Positions 53,300 through 63,320 of a DNA stretch of 64,000 nt are shown one piece after another. A program made the translations under genes and the position numbers. Numbering within the stretch: the stretch's first letter is position 1; every line of letters begins with the position of its first letter. The notes under the pieces were generated by a model, which did no database searches, was not told the DNA's origin, and worked only from the letters and a program-made list of their open reading frames with translations. The stretch comes from Calditrichia bacterium (GTDB taxonomy: Bacteria; Calditrichota; Calditrichia; JAJRVZ01), in the NCBI GenBank assembly GCA_963765585.1, contig CAVXXB010000006.1:68007-132006 (forward strand), read 5' to 3'.

Positions 53300-54730
53300 C
53301 TATCGCATCAGGATCATTTTTTTTGTCTGATGAAATTTCCCGGCTGCAATCGTGTAGAAATAAACTCCGCTGGCCAGATTTGAGGCATCAACGGTTAAAA
53401 AATGCGTACCAGCCGTTTTATGGCCCGCAAATACCGAACCCACAACCTGTCCGGTTAAGTTGTGCAGCGTGATTTCTACAAATTCATTTGCGGGCAGCGT
53501 AAATGATATGGTGGTGCTCGGATTAAAAGGGTTTGGATAGTTTTGCGATAAATGATATCCAAGCGGAGTTTTTATTAAACTCTCATCCGTTGCATCAATT
53601 GCTGCAAGTTCGCTTTCAATAATATTTAAAAAGTAAATGTCACCAGCACTGCCGTATGATTGGGTTGATCCTATAATCGTATAACTGCCCTCTCCACTGC
53701 AAATCACCTGGTTCGCCCAGTCATTCCCTTCACCGCCATAGGCCTTAGTCCATACTGTATCGAGATTTGCATCGAGTTTTAGCACATATATATCACCTAA
53801 GCCGGCTCCAATCGAAGTGGTAGATCCACAGACTATATAACCGCTATCCGGAGTTTGGGCAATAGAATACCCATATTCATCTTGGGCAAAACCGTAAGTT
53901 CTGGTGGATAATGTATCACCGTCCGATGTTATCTCCGCCAGGTACACATCGTACCCGCCGGCGCCCGACGACTTTGTTGTACCAAGAACGAGAAATCCAC
54001 CATCAGAAGTATTGCATATATCGTAACCAAAATCAACATCGTTTCCGCCGAGCGTACAGGTCCATAACGTATCACCGTTGGATGAATCCAATTTCGCGAT
54101 ATACATTTTGTTCGGACTGCCAACGGCGCCGGTCATCAGGTAATGTTTATCCGCTGTCTCAATAATTTTGTATCCAATAACCGGACCATATGTCCGTGAC
54201 CATTTTTCCACTCCTTTGGCATCGGTTTTCACCGCCCAAAGATCACTATAATTATATTGACCGGTAAACACAAATCCGGAATCGCAAGCCTGGACAACTG
54301 AGTAAGAGCCGTCTTTTCTCGAACTGCCAAAGTTCTTCTGCCAGATTAAATTCCCCAGGTTATCGACTTTTATAAGACAGACATCGCCGGAATTTGCACT
54401 GCCGCTGCTGAATGTTCTGCCACAAATAAGATAATTGCTGTCCAGGGTAGCGATGACTTCCATCCCGTTATCCCATGATACACCACCATAAGTTCTGGTC
54501 CAAATGGTATCTCCTTCTGCATTTGTTCGGATTAAATAGATATCATTATAATATGATTCCTGGTAAATACCGGTAATTAAAAATCCGCCATCATCCAATT
54601 GTACCGCACCGTAACCAATGTCATTGTAATCTCCGCCATACCATCTTTCTGAAACAATGGTTTGTGAAAAAAGATTCATGAAAAGAGCAAAAAAGACAAT
54701 CACAAAAAGCAGATTAAATCGTTTCAACAT
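53300..54730 (-). CDS. Secreted beta-propeller repeat (SBBP-like) protein with T9SS C-terminal sorting domain
   Basis: Signal peptide. About eight ~45-aa repeats (…GGxxxDxGxxxxxTxDGG(F/Y)(L/I)(I/V)xG…). CTD LSQNYPNPFNPSTTISFTLP…GVYFYTIAAG…KKMILMR. Confidence 0.65.
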   Translation of the reverse strand: MLKRFNLLFVIVFFALFMNLFSQTIVSERWYGGDYNDIGYGAVQLDDGGFLITGIYQESYYNDIYLIRTNAEGDTIWTRTYGGVSWDNGMEVIATLDSNYLICGRTFSSGSANSGDVCLIKVDNLGNLIWQKNFGSSRKDGSYSVVQACDSGFVFTGQYNYSDLWAVKTDAKGVEKWSRTYGPVIGYKIIETADKHYLMTGAVGSPNKMYIAKLDSSNGDTLWTCTLGGNDVDFGYDICNTSDGGFLVLGTTKSSGAGGYDVYLAEITSDGDTLSTRTYGFAQDEYGYSIAQTPDSGYIVCGSTTSIGAGLGDIYVLKLDANLDTVWTKAYGGEGNDWANQVICSGEGSYTIIGSTQSYGSAGDIYFLNIIESELAAIDATDESLIKTPLGYHLSQNYPNPFNPSTTISFTLPANEFVEITLHNLTGQVVGSVFAGHKTAGTHFLTVDASNLASGVYFYTIAAGKFHQTKKMILMR

Positions 54731-55033
54731 TTCAAACCTCCGTAAGTGAATTCATTTCAAGTTCTGAACCATAATTAATTAAGAGCAGACATGTACCATA
54801 TTAATAGTCGGAAGCATCCCGATTTGATTGTCATAAAAGTCGAACCATTTGATAATTTTTTATTTTATACTCGGATTATTCTTTTAATGCTTTAATTCTC
54901 AGAGTCAGATTGGTCGAGGTAATTCATGACGGTTGTGTCCGCAACACCGAGGTAGATTATGTCTTTGCGTATCAGGATAAATTAATTCCTATTGAGGTTA
55001 AATCAGGAGCAACCGGGCGTTTAACATCGTTGT

Positions 55034-55060
55034 AAAAAAAAGGCCCTGCATTGCAGAGCC
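55034..55060 (-). terminator. Rho-independent terminator (the same GGCTCTGCAATGCAGGGCC hairpin) after the 55118 gene
   Basis: aaaaaaaaggccctgcattgcagagcc read on the minus strand. Confidence 0.55.
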
Positions 55061-55117
55061 TTTAACATTTTGTTTTTATACATCTTACTTGATGCAGATA
55101 TCATCTTCTTCACTTCC

Positions 55118-56387
55118 CTATAAATCACCCGCCACCAACTGATAGTAATAAACACCACTCGCCAGATTATTGCCGTCAAACCGATACTGATGCACACCTG
55201 CCTTTAGCCATTGGCCTATTAGCCTTTTAACCTTCTGGCCTGCAACATTATAAATTGTTAACGTAACAAATTCGGATTTCGGAATTCGGAATTCTATATT
55301 CGTAATTGGATTAAAAGGATTGGGATAATTTTGTAATAGTACAAATCTTTCCGGCATTCCAGAATGAAATACTTCATCAATATCAGTAAAAATTGGATTT
55401 TTTTCATCGTGCTTAGTCCAGGTAAAACCATCCGGTGATGTGGCATAGCCAATTTGACATTCAGTTCTCCAGGGATTTTCATTTATCCTACTGGTATCAC
55501 TGCCACTGTACCACATGCGGTATGTGGTTGTAACGGTATCCAGCAGAACGGAACAAAATCCAGTCCAGGTATCATCCCAACTTCCAGCAGACCCCTTTTT
55601 TAACACAGGATTCCCTGCATGTTTAGTCCAACTTACACCATCTTCGGAAGTGGCATATCCAATTTGCCCGTCAGAATGTTCACCGCCCGAATACCACATA
55701 TGAAAAGTTTTACCATCAAAGATCACATTTGGTGCTTCAACTCTGGGATAATCCCAATTTCCTGAGATTCCGGTCTTCAGAACCGGATTTTTTGCATTTT
55801 TTGTCCAGGTAACACCATCTGGTGATGTGGCATGACCGATGCGAACATAATTTCCATCGGCACCAGCATACCACATATGATAGATACTATCAACCAATAT
55901 AATACAATGACTGTCAACAAATACATCATCCCAACTCCCATTCGGTCCAGGACTCAGGACCGGATTATTCACCGAATCTTTTGACCAGATAAGACCATCC
56001 GGAGAAGTGGCATGATGGATATGTATCGGTCCGGGAAGGAGAGGATCATCTGATGAAGTGTACCACATTCGGAATAGCGAACCATCATGAATAACGTTCG
56101 GCTCATACACAGTCGCCTCATTCCATCCGCCAAATGGCTCATGAACCAGCACCGGATTTCCAATATGCATAGCCCAGTCAATCCCATCGCTTGACGATGC
56201 AAAACCGATACCACCTACTGGAGCCGGTGATTTCCCGGCATACCACATATAGTAGGTATTGTCAACTATAAGCACGGAAGGCATGCCGGCAACTTTATAA
56301 TCCCATGCATTCTGTGCCAATCGAGCTGGTGAGGATTGATGCTAAGAACAACATCATTATACTTAAATTTGTAAAAACTGACCTCAT
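55118..56387 (-). CDS. Secreted tandem-repeat beta-propeller protein (GH43/GH130-like blades) with T9SS CTD. The signal peptide is out of frame, with a frameshift near 56320..56345.
   Basis: Seven ~55-aa repeats with a W(T/S)K…NPVL…G.WD…V..P.V…MWY pattern. CTD LLQNYPNPFNPITNIEFRIP…GVYYYQLVAGDL. The track ORF starts at TTG 56320. A signal peptide MRSVFTNLSIMMLFLASILTSSIG is encoded at 56342..56387 in the -1 frame. Confidence 0.6.
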
Positions 56388-56661
56388 GAGACACCTCCTT
56401 AATAGATGATTGATATGACTTGCTGAAGAACAACTTCGGATTTAATTTTCTGTAATTTGTACTCTACAAATAAATATATACTCAATAATTGTGCCAATCA
56501 GCCAGCCTATGATCGTAGCTGATGCAAATTGTTTTATATTATTGTTTATTATAGATTTAGGAACATAACAATTAAACATAAGTTGTTTTCATGAGAGATG
56601 ATTCGTAATTTATGACGATTTTAATTCGTAAATTGTTACGATTCCCAATATCAGGAGTCTG

Positions 56662-58225
56662 GTGATGACTGAATTAATCCCTCCTAAAAATGAAGTTAAA
56701 GAATTAAAAAACCGGCTTGATGATTTCGAACGATTATTCCTAATAATCAGATCGGTATCATCTTCTTTACAGGTTAAAGACGTACTCAAGATGATCATTT
56801 CTGAAGCCATCAGTTTATGTCATGCTGATCAGGGATCGATTATCCTGTTTGATCCGGATAAAGAGAAGTTAACCCGAACATTAATCCGGGGCGCGGATGC
56901 CGTAAAATCCCAAATTGATTCTACACTCAATAATCTGCTGGCTGGATGGGTTTATGACAATGGTAAAAGTTTGCAAACTAATGATCTCACCGGTGTGTTT
57001 GGAGAAAAAATCATTAAACAAAAGTATCGAAACATCATCTCAGTAGTAAGTATACCTATAATAAATACAGATAAAATTCTTGGAGTTATCAATCTGATCT
57101 CACTCAGCAAAAAAGTTTATTTTCAAATTCAGAGAAGTTGAGCTAATGGAGCTGTTGGCTACACAATGTGTTCATCTTATCATCAATGCCCGATTACATG
57201 AATTATTGTTTGAAGAGACAAACCGCCTACGTAGGGAATTAGATAAGGCTTATGCCTTTAGAGAAGTTATCGGCAACAGTCCAAAGTTGCAGGATGTTTT
57301 TTCATTGCTTGAGAGGATCATCCCCACTGATGCACGAGTTATGATTGAAGGAGAGAGCGGGACCGGTAAAGAATTAATCGCCAAAATTCTCCACTACAAC
57401 GGACCTCACAAAGCAGGCCCCTTTGTTGCCGTCGATTGCGGTGCATTTCCGGAAAATCTTCTGGAAAGCGAATTATTCGGTTATGTTAAAGGTGCCTTCA
57501 CCGGTGCTTCACGAGACAAACCGGGCCTTTTTGAGGAAGCACATAACGGCACTCTGTTCCTTGATGAGATTACCAATATGCCGACCAGCATACAAAGCAA
57601 ACTATTGCGGGTTCTTCAGGAAGGTGAGATCCGCCCGTTGGGCAGCACGAAGATGAAAAAAGTAAATGTCCGACTGCTTTCAGCAGCCAGTGACAATCTA
57701 AAAAACAGGGTAGAAGCCGGTACGTTCCGGGAGGATCTTTACTATCGTTTGAGTATCGTCAATGTAAATCTCCCCCCTCTAAGAGAGCGTAGTGGGGATA
57801 TCCTATTATTAACCACTCATTTCTTGAAAAAGTATGCTGAAAAATATCAAAAAAAGACGGCAAGATTAAAAACTGAGACCATCCAGATTATGGAATCATA
57901 TCATTGGCCGGGTAATATCCGCGAACTTGAAAATGTCATCGAAAGAATGATCATCCTCTCAGAACCAGAGACAGATTATGTTCCACCCAGTCTTCTACCA
58001 GAAGGAATTCTATCAAAAGCAGGAAAAATATATTCAGGGAAGACCAAAGCAGTAAATAGCCAGGCCTTAAGCGTAAAAGATAAAAAAGCGGAGTATGAAA
58101 AAGAATTGATTTTAAAATCTCTGCAAAAAAATAACTGGAATCAGACCGCAGCAGCAGAAGAACTCGGCCTGCATGAGAGCACATTAAGGTATCGGATGCG
58201 GAAGTTTGGAATAAAAAAGGACTGA
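56662..58225 (+). CDS. Sigma-54-dependent transcriptional activator (GAF sensor, AAA+ sigma-54 interaction domain, Fis-type HTH), frameshifted in an A6 run at 57108..57113
   Basis: GAF domain in ORF1. ORF2 has GESGTGKE, the GAFTGA-type motif ESELFGYVKGAFTGA, and a C-terminal HTH (NWNQTAAAEELGLHESTLRYRMRKFGI). The ORF2 frame is open upstream as …KKFIFKFREVELMELLATQ, i.e. the GAF C-terminal helix. The break coincides with agcAAAAAAgtt. Confidence 0.75.
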
Positions 58226-58230
58226 CCTAC

Positions 58231-58283
58231 CCCTAAATCCCCTCCCTCCATCCCGCAAATCGGGATGTAAGGAGGGGACCATG
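58231..58283. terminator. Bidirectional terminator hairpin between the convergent sigma-54 activator and Ser/Thr kinase genes
   Basis: CCCCTCCCTCCATCCCGCAAATCGGGATGTAAGGAGGGG is a long GC-rich nested hairpin. Confidence 0.45.
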
Positions 58284-58290
58284 GGGGGAG

Positions 58291-60531
58291 TCAAGCATCA
58301 AATTTTTCCCATTCATGTTTTACCCGTTTCATCAGTTTTTTAAATTGCTCTTCACCACGAATTGCGTCCAGAATCGGATCCAGCGCAGACATAAGCGGAT
58401 AATTGATAAATCCCTGATGGACCGCCTGTTCAAGAAGATCTAAAGCCGCATTCTGCATACCGGCAACGACATACATCACAGATGTAAAATAAGTGATTTG
58501 CGTATCAGTTCTAACGGTTTTCTCATAATCTCCGGTGACTAATTTCTTTATTTTATTGACATCTTTCTTTACTGCGTATTTAATGAGGAGACTTGATTTT
58601 GTAAAAGTATCAGGCCAATCGGAATGAACATGTTCATCAATCATCATGGTTGCTTCTTCTAATCTGCCAGCATATACTAAAGCTAAGGCGTAAAAGTAAA
58701 CAGCTGCCGGATTTTGTGGTTCAAAGTGCAACCAGTCATAAATACCTTTAACAGCCTGCTCACCATCCCCTTCATATAAGGCAAGCACGCCAGGTGCTGC
58801 GCGGCTCATGGGTGTGAGCGGATCAATTTGTGTCAAGTTTTGTATTAGTGCACGGGCCTCATCTAACTTTCCCAAATTACAAAGAGAAACACCTAGCCAT
58901 GCAATCGCATGAATATCACCGGGATTAATAGACAGTGTCTGCCTGAGATGTGTGATTGTCTTGTAAGCATTACCGCCAATAGTTTCGCTAAGTAAACCTA
59001 GGGTCAGATACGCTTCGGATGACTCCGGATCGAGTTCTAATGCCTTTTGTGCATAGTCTTCGGCTTTTGCAATATTTGACTCCATTTCAAATCCCAGGTT
59101 TACATACTGGGTATGAACATAGCCCATTCCGGCATAGAGCATTGCATTCTCACCTATAATATCCAGGCCATTCTGCAGATAACCGATAGCACGCTCCAGT
59201 GCGTCAGGATTAAACAGCCAGCCTTCCTGACGGGCACGCAGATAACACTCGTAGGCCTGAATATTCTTGATCGGTCTCTTGGCCAGTTTTTTCTCCTCTT
59301 CCGGACTTAAGGTCAACTGCAGCGCATCGACAATTGAGCGGGAGACCTTTTCCTGAATATCAAAAACATCCTCCAATGTACCACTGTATTTTTCCGCCCA
59401 GATATGTGTGTCGTTTTTTGTGTCAATCAACTGGGCATGAATACGGAGTTTATCAGCGGATTTTCGCACACTGCCTTCCAGGGCATATTGTACATTAAGT
59501 TCTTTACCAATCTCCTTCACTTTTTTTTCCGTATCCTTAAAGGTCATAGCCGAACTGCGTGATATCACCAGAAGATTTTTCACTTTTGACAAATCGGTAA
59601 TGATTTCTTCAGTTAACCCATCGCTGAAATACTCATTCTCTTTCTTCTCACTAAAATCTTTAAAAGGCAGAACCACAATCGAGTTTTCCATGGCCGGCAG
59701 GTTGACATCCGGCGCCGATTTCGCCTGCAGATCTTTAACCAGTTCACCAACATGTTGATAGCGTTCATCCAAATCTTTTATCAGCGCTTTAAATATCACT
59801 TTTTCGATATAATCAGGAACATCCTTACGATATGAGGTGGGTGGCTTTGGATCCTTATTCAGGATGGCATACATCATCGCCTGTTCATTATCCCCTTGAA
59901 AGGGAGGGCATCCGCAAAGCATTTCATACAAAATAACGCCCAAAGACCAGATATCAGTTCGCTGGTCGACTTTTTCACCGCTGGCCTGTTCCGGAGACAT
60001 GTAAACAGTTGTACCAAGCATGGTTCCGGTTCTGGTCAGGGTGGTGTGCCCGGACAATTTAGCCAGACCAAAATCTAGAATTTTCACCACCCCATCGGTG
60101 GTGATCATGATATTTGCCGGTTTGATGTCACGGTGGATGATGCCTTTTTCATGGGCTTTTGAGAGTCCGGCTGCTGTTTGAATTGTGATATTAATCGCCT
60201 CACTGGTATCCAGAGGGCCATGGGATATTTTTTGATTTAAGGTTTCACCTTCATAAAATCCCATAGCAATAAACATCTCATCATCTTCAGATGTACCGAT
60301 TTCATGTATGGTACAAATATTGGAATGATCTAATGACGAGGCGGATTGTGCTTCAGTTATAAATCTTTTTCTGGTTTCTTTATTGACCGTGAGTTGAGGC
60401 GGGAGAAACTTTAGTGCGACGGCGCGTTTTAAATTGATATCCTCTGCTTTATAAACAATAGCCATTCCGCCGGAGCCAATTTTTTCCAGAATGCGATAAT
60501 GGGAAATTGTCTTACCAATTTCAACAGGCAT
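58291..60531 (-). CDS. Hanks-type serine/threonine protein kinase with a C-terminal TPR-repeat region
   Basis: N-terminal kinase domain (GSGGMAIVYKA, HRDIKPANI, DFG, SPE). Central TolB-like, Pro-rich linker. C-terminal TPR-like repeats. 746 aa. Confidence 0.8.
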   Translation of the reverse strand: MPVEIGKTISHYRILEKIGSGGMAIVYKAEDINLKRAVALKFLPPQLTVNKETRKRFITEAQSASSLDHSNICTIHEIGTSEDDEMFIAMGFYEGETLNQKISHGPLDTSEAINITIQTAAGLSKAHEKGIIHRDIKPANIMITTDGVVKILDFGLAKLSGHTTLTRTGTMLGTTVYMSPEQASGEKVDQRTDIWSLGVILYEMLCGCPPFQGDNEQAMMYAILNKDPKPPTSYRKDVPDYIEKVIFKALIKDLDERYQHVGELVKDLQAKSAPDVNLPAMENSIVVLPFKDFSEKKENEYFSDGLTEEIITDLSKVKNLLVISRSSAMTFKDTEKKVKEIGKELNVQYALEGSVRKSADKLRIHAQLIDTKNDTHIWAEKYSGTLEDVFDIQEKVSRSIVDALQLTLSPEEEKKLAKRPIKNIQAYECYLRARQEGWLFNPDALERAIGYLQNGLDIIGENAMLYAGMGYVHTQYVNLGFEMESNIAKAEDYAQKALELDPESSEAYLTLGLLSETIGGNAYKTITHLRQTLSINPGDIHAIAWLGVSLCNLGKLDEARALIQNLTQIDPLTPMSRAAPGVLALYEGDGEQAVKGIYDWLHFEPQNPAAVYFYALALVYAGRLEEATMMIDEHVHSDWPDTFTKSSLLIKYAVKKDVNKIKKLVTGDYEKTVRTDTQITYFTSVMYVVAGMQNAALDLLEQAVHQGFINYPLMSALDPILDAIRGEEQFKKLMKRVKHEWEKFDA

Positions 60532-60727
60532 TTCTGATCTCTATTAATGTTCAAGCAGGGTTAGAAGTCAAGATTCTAAACAAGATAACCCTTTATAAGC
60601 AGCATTTCCAGAAAAAACTTTACCATTTCCATAAGAAGGATATTACATCTCAAGCAGACAATACATCCACCGTACTATTTACTGCGGATCGGCTACCGAT
60701 TGACTATAGGATTTGAATTCCTGTTGA

Positions 60728-61756
60728 TTAAAATCCTATTCCCTTGGCCTCCAGACGAATTCGCAGCAGGTACATGTCGGCGGTGATGTACAATGTTGAG
60801 CCATCATCGCCAAAAGTGCAGTTGGACGTTGCCTGGGTCGTCTCCAGGGTACCAAGGTGCGTGCCGTTTGGCGCAATTATCAAAACACCACCCGGACCAG
60901 TCGCATACATATTGCCTTTCTGGTCAACGGTCATCCCGTCACCCCATGATTCAAAAAAGACACGGCCGTTTGCCAAATTTCCATTCTCCAGCACATCATA
61001 GGCCATGATGACCGCCTGATTCCTGTCCGAATTGGCCACATACAGCGTTTTCTCATCAGGTGAAAAGGCAATGCCGTTGGGTCGCGATAATTCAGCGGTA
61101 AGCAGCGTAACCGATCCATCTGTGGAAAGACGATACACACCCTGAAAATCCAGTTCTTTATCGGGATCTTCCATACCTTTTTCCAAACCATAGGGCGGAT
61201 CGGTGAAGTAGATATCCCCGTTACTTTTCATGGCCAGATCATTCGGCGAATTAAACCGTTTTCCTTCGAACTTATCAGCAAGGGTTTTAAAGTGTGCCTC
61301 AGGGGCATCCCAGGGAGCCTCCAGTTGGGCAATGCGACGATCTCCGTGCTGAGCCAGGATTAGTTGCCCTTTGCCGTTGACAACCAGACCATTTGAGCCG
61401 CCTTCACCTTCTCTCGGAGTTGAGCCTGTATATCCCGATGGTTTTAGCCAGACTGAGGCTTTCTCTCCTTTTTTCCAGCAATAAATGGCATTTCTGGGAA
61501 TATCCGAATAAAGTACAGATTGAAGGGCAGGAACCCACACGGGACCTTCTGTCCATTCATGACCCTCCGCGAGTATCTCAAGTACCGCATCCGGCGCCAC
61601 CAGTTCATCGATGCCCGGATCGAGCTGTTTAATGCTCCCGATGGTCTTAATCTCATTTAGACCGATTTCTTCAACTTGTGAGTCCCGGTTCGTACAGGAT
61701 GAAATACACACAATTAAAAGTACTACTGATAGATATCTGACTATTTTCATCATCAA
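60728..61756 (-). CDS. SMP-30/gluconolactonase/LRE-family six-bladed beta-propeller lipoprotein
   Basis: Lipoprotein-type signal (LIVCISSC). Motifs TEGPVW, NGLVV, NDLAMK and NGIAFSPD are typical of gluconolactonase-like propellers. Confidence 0.65.
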   Translation of the reverse strand: MMMKIVRYLSVVLLIVCISSCTNRDSQVEEIGLNEIKTIGSIKQLDPGIDELVAPDAVLEILAEGHEWTEGPVWVPALQSVLYSDIPRNAIYCWKKGEKASVWLKPSGYTGSTPREGEGGSNGLVVNGKGQLILAQHGDRRIAQLEAPWDAPEAHFKTLADKFEGKRFNSPNDLAMKSNGDIYFTDPPYGLEKGMEDPDKELDFQGVYRLSTDGSVTLLTAELSRPNGIAFSPDEKTLYVANSDRNQAVIMAYDVLENGNLANGRVFFESWGDGMTVDQKGNMYATGPGGVLIIAPNGTHLGTLETTQATSNCTFGDDGSTLYITADMYLLRIRLEAKGIGF

Positions 61757-61987
61757 AGATCTCCTTTTCTCATTTTATCTAATTCAAATTCTTCCATAAA
61801 ATTTCACGACCCAAATATGCGGCATTCACAATGAATAAGCCAAAATGTTGATCACCATTTACAATATCACTTGCCTGATTAATTTACAAAATTTACCACC
61901 AAGACTCTAAGACACGAAGAAAAAAGGACGATAAGAATTATACTAAATAAATTGTATTGCCCTGACCATGTGTTTACATGTTTTTAA

Positions 61988-62806
61988 CCGCAAAGTTCGC
62001 AGAGGAGACGCTAAGTACGCAAATCAAATAATTATATCCTATAATCCTGTCCCAAAGGGATCCCGTTGGGATTATCCCGTCTAAAAAACACATTTAGTAA
62101 GCAGGAGAGACTTACGTTATCGCATCACTCCCAGAGAAGAATCTCCTGCTCTCCCCGGGGAGAAATTTTGTACACACCCTGCGACTCCCTCTCAAACCAG
62201 CCGTATACGTTTCTGTAAAGGATCGCCCGGGCATCAGGTTCGCTGAGATTTTTGGCTATATGAGAGGCCTTTGTCGGCCCGTTCTCCTGCAGGAACCGGC
62301 CAATTGACAGGGCTCTCTGCCGGTAGGCTGTCATAATGCCTTTTCTCATGTTCGATCCTCCCGGATTCGGGTCGCCTACCCGCCGGACGAACTCACCGAG
62401 CAAACGCTCCCGGCGCGGCTTTGATTTCCGGGGACGATACTCACCGGGATCGAGAAGTACTTCCACACTGCCCGTTACAAGTCTGGGATCTACAACCACC
62501 AGCCCCAGGCCAAGCATTCTGAGCAGTTTGATGATCTGCTTCCGTCGTCTTTTTAGAGCACCACATTGTCTGGGAACGCCAATATACACCTTCGAAGTGA
62601 GATTAAGTCTGTCTACGGCTTGCAGGATGACTTCAAGATTGAGAGAGAGTTTGAGTTCAACAACAACCGGATCTTCCTTACCGCGTATGGCGACAATATC
62701 ACAGTTGTGAATCTCGCCCTTTACTTCATAATTTTGAGATTCCAGGAATTGTTTTATGGGTAGATAGAGATCCGCTTCTCTCATTTATTCTTTCGGCACC
62801 TCACGG
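61988..62806. mobile_element. TTAA-flanked TIR cassette (~820 bp) carrying a GC-rich PD-(D/E)XK-fold gene
   Basis: Left TTAA|CCGCAAAGTTCGCAGAGG. Right CCTCACGG|TTAA, whose reverse complement is CCGTGAGG. The cargo ORF is ~53% GC in a ~40% GC background. Confidence 0.55.
62125..62784 (-). CDS. Hypothetical protein with an N-terminal PD-(D/E)XK-like motif and a basic C-terminal region
   Basis: …NCDIVAIRGKEDPVVVELKLSLN… fits the D-(x)n-E-x-K pattern. 219 aa. Anomalously high GC. Lies inside the TIR cassette. Confidence 0.4.
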   Translation of the reverse strand: MREADLYLPIKQFLESQNYEVKGEIHNCDIVAIRGKEDPVVVELKLSLNLEVILQAVDRLNLTSKVYIGVPRQCGALKRRRKQIIKLLRMLGLGLVVVDPRLVTGSVEVLLDPGEYRPRKSKPRRERLLGEFVRRVGDPNPGGSNMRKGIMTAYRQRALSIGRFLQENGPTKASHIAKNLSEPDARAILYRNVYGWFERESQGVYKISPRGEQEILLWE

Positions 62807-63199
62807 TTAAAATTAAGATGATATAATCCTGTCAGAATTGCTTTTAAATGCAAAATGTTTCAATTCAGTCCAAATTTAAATCGGAAATTAGTAAATTTCA
62901 CCAAAAATGATGATAAATCTTATTCCTATCTTACTAAATTAGTAATTAGTTATTTGTAATTGGGAACTGGGGAATCAGTTGGCAGTAGGCCGTAGACGGT
63001 TAGCGAAACTACCAGTTGTAAGGAACGGTCTAAGACCGTTCCGGGTCTCAAAATGATAACTTATCTGTCATTACGAGGAGTCCTCCAACAAAGGACGACG
63101 AAGTAATCCCGTTCTCCGACTTTGATTGCAGATATAAATTCTTGATTATCCTGATTTAATTCTTAAATTGTCCGATGTCCGTGGGGGTGTTTCACAAAA

Positions 63200-63320
63200 G
63201 GTGGAACTGAGAAAAAACCCTTCGAACCTGATCTGGATTATGCCAGCGTAGGGAAACGGTAAAATATATCAGGAATCTCCCATTGTAACCGTTTTCTTCA
63301 GTCTGGAAAACGGTTTTTTT
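63200..63320 (+). promoter_or_regulatory. Riboswitch-like leader (cobalamin-riboswitch-like core) with an intrinsic terminator expression platform, upstream of the TonB-dependent receptor gene
   Basis: AGGGAAACGGTAAAAT…TCTCCCATTGTAACCG resembles the cobalamin-riboswitch core (GGGAA.CGGTG.AAA…CCCGCAACTGTAA.CGG). It is followed by the hairpin AACCGTTTTC-ttcagtct-GGAAAACGGTT plus TTTTTTT at 63287..63320, 20 nt before the ATG. Confidence 0.35.

Noticed and set aside
55118-56320. TTG start at 56320 proposed by the ORF track for the beta-propeller T9SS protein
   Set aside because: That start gives no signal peptide. A secreted T9SS cargo protein needs one, and a good signal peptide is encoded just upstream in another frame. 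This is best explained by a frameshift, so I extended the feature to 56387.
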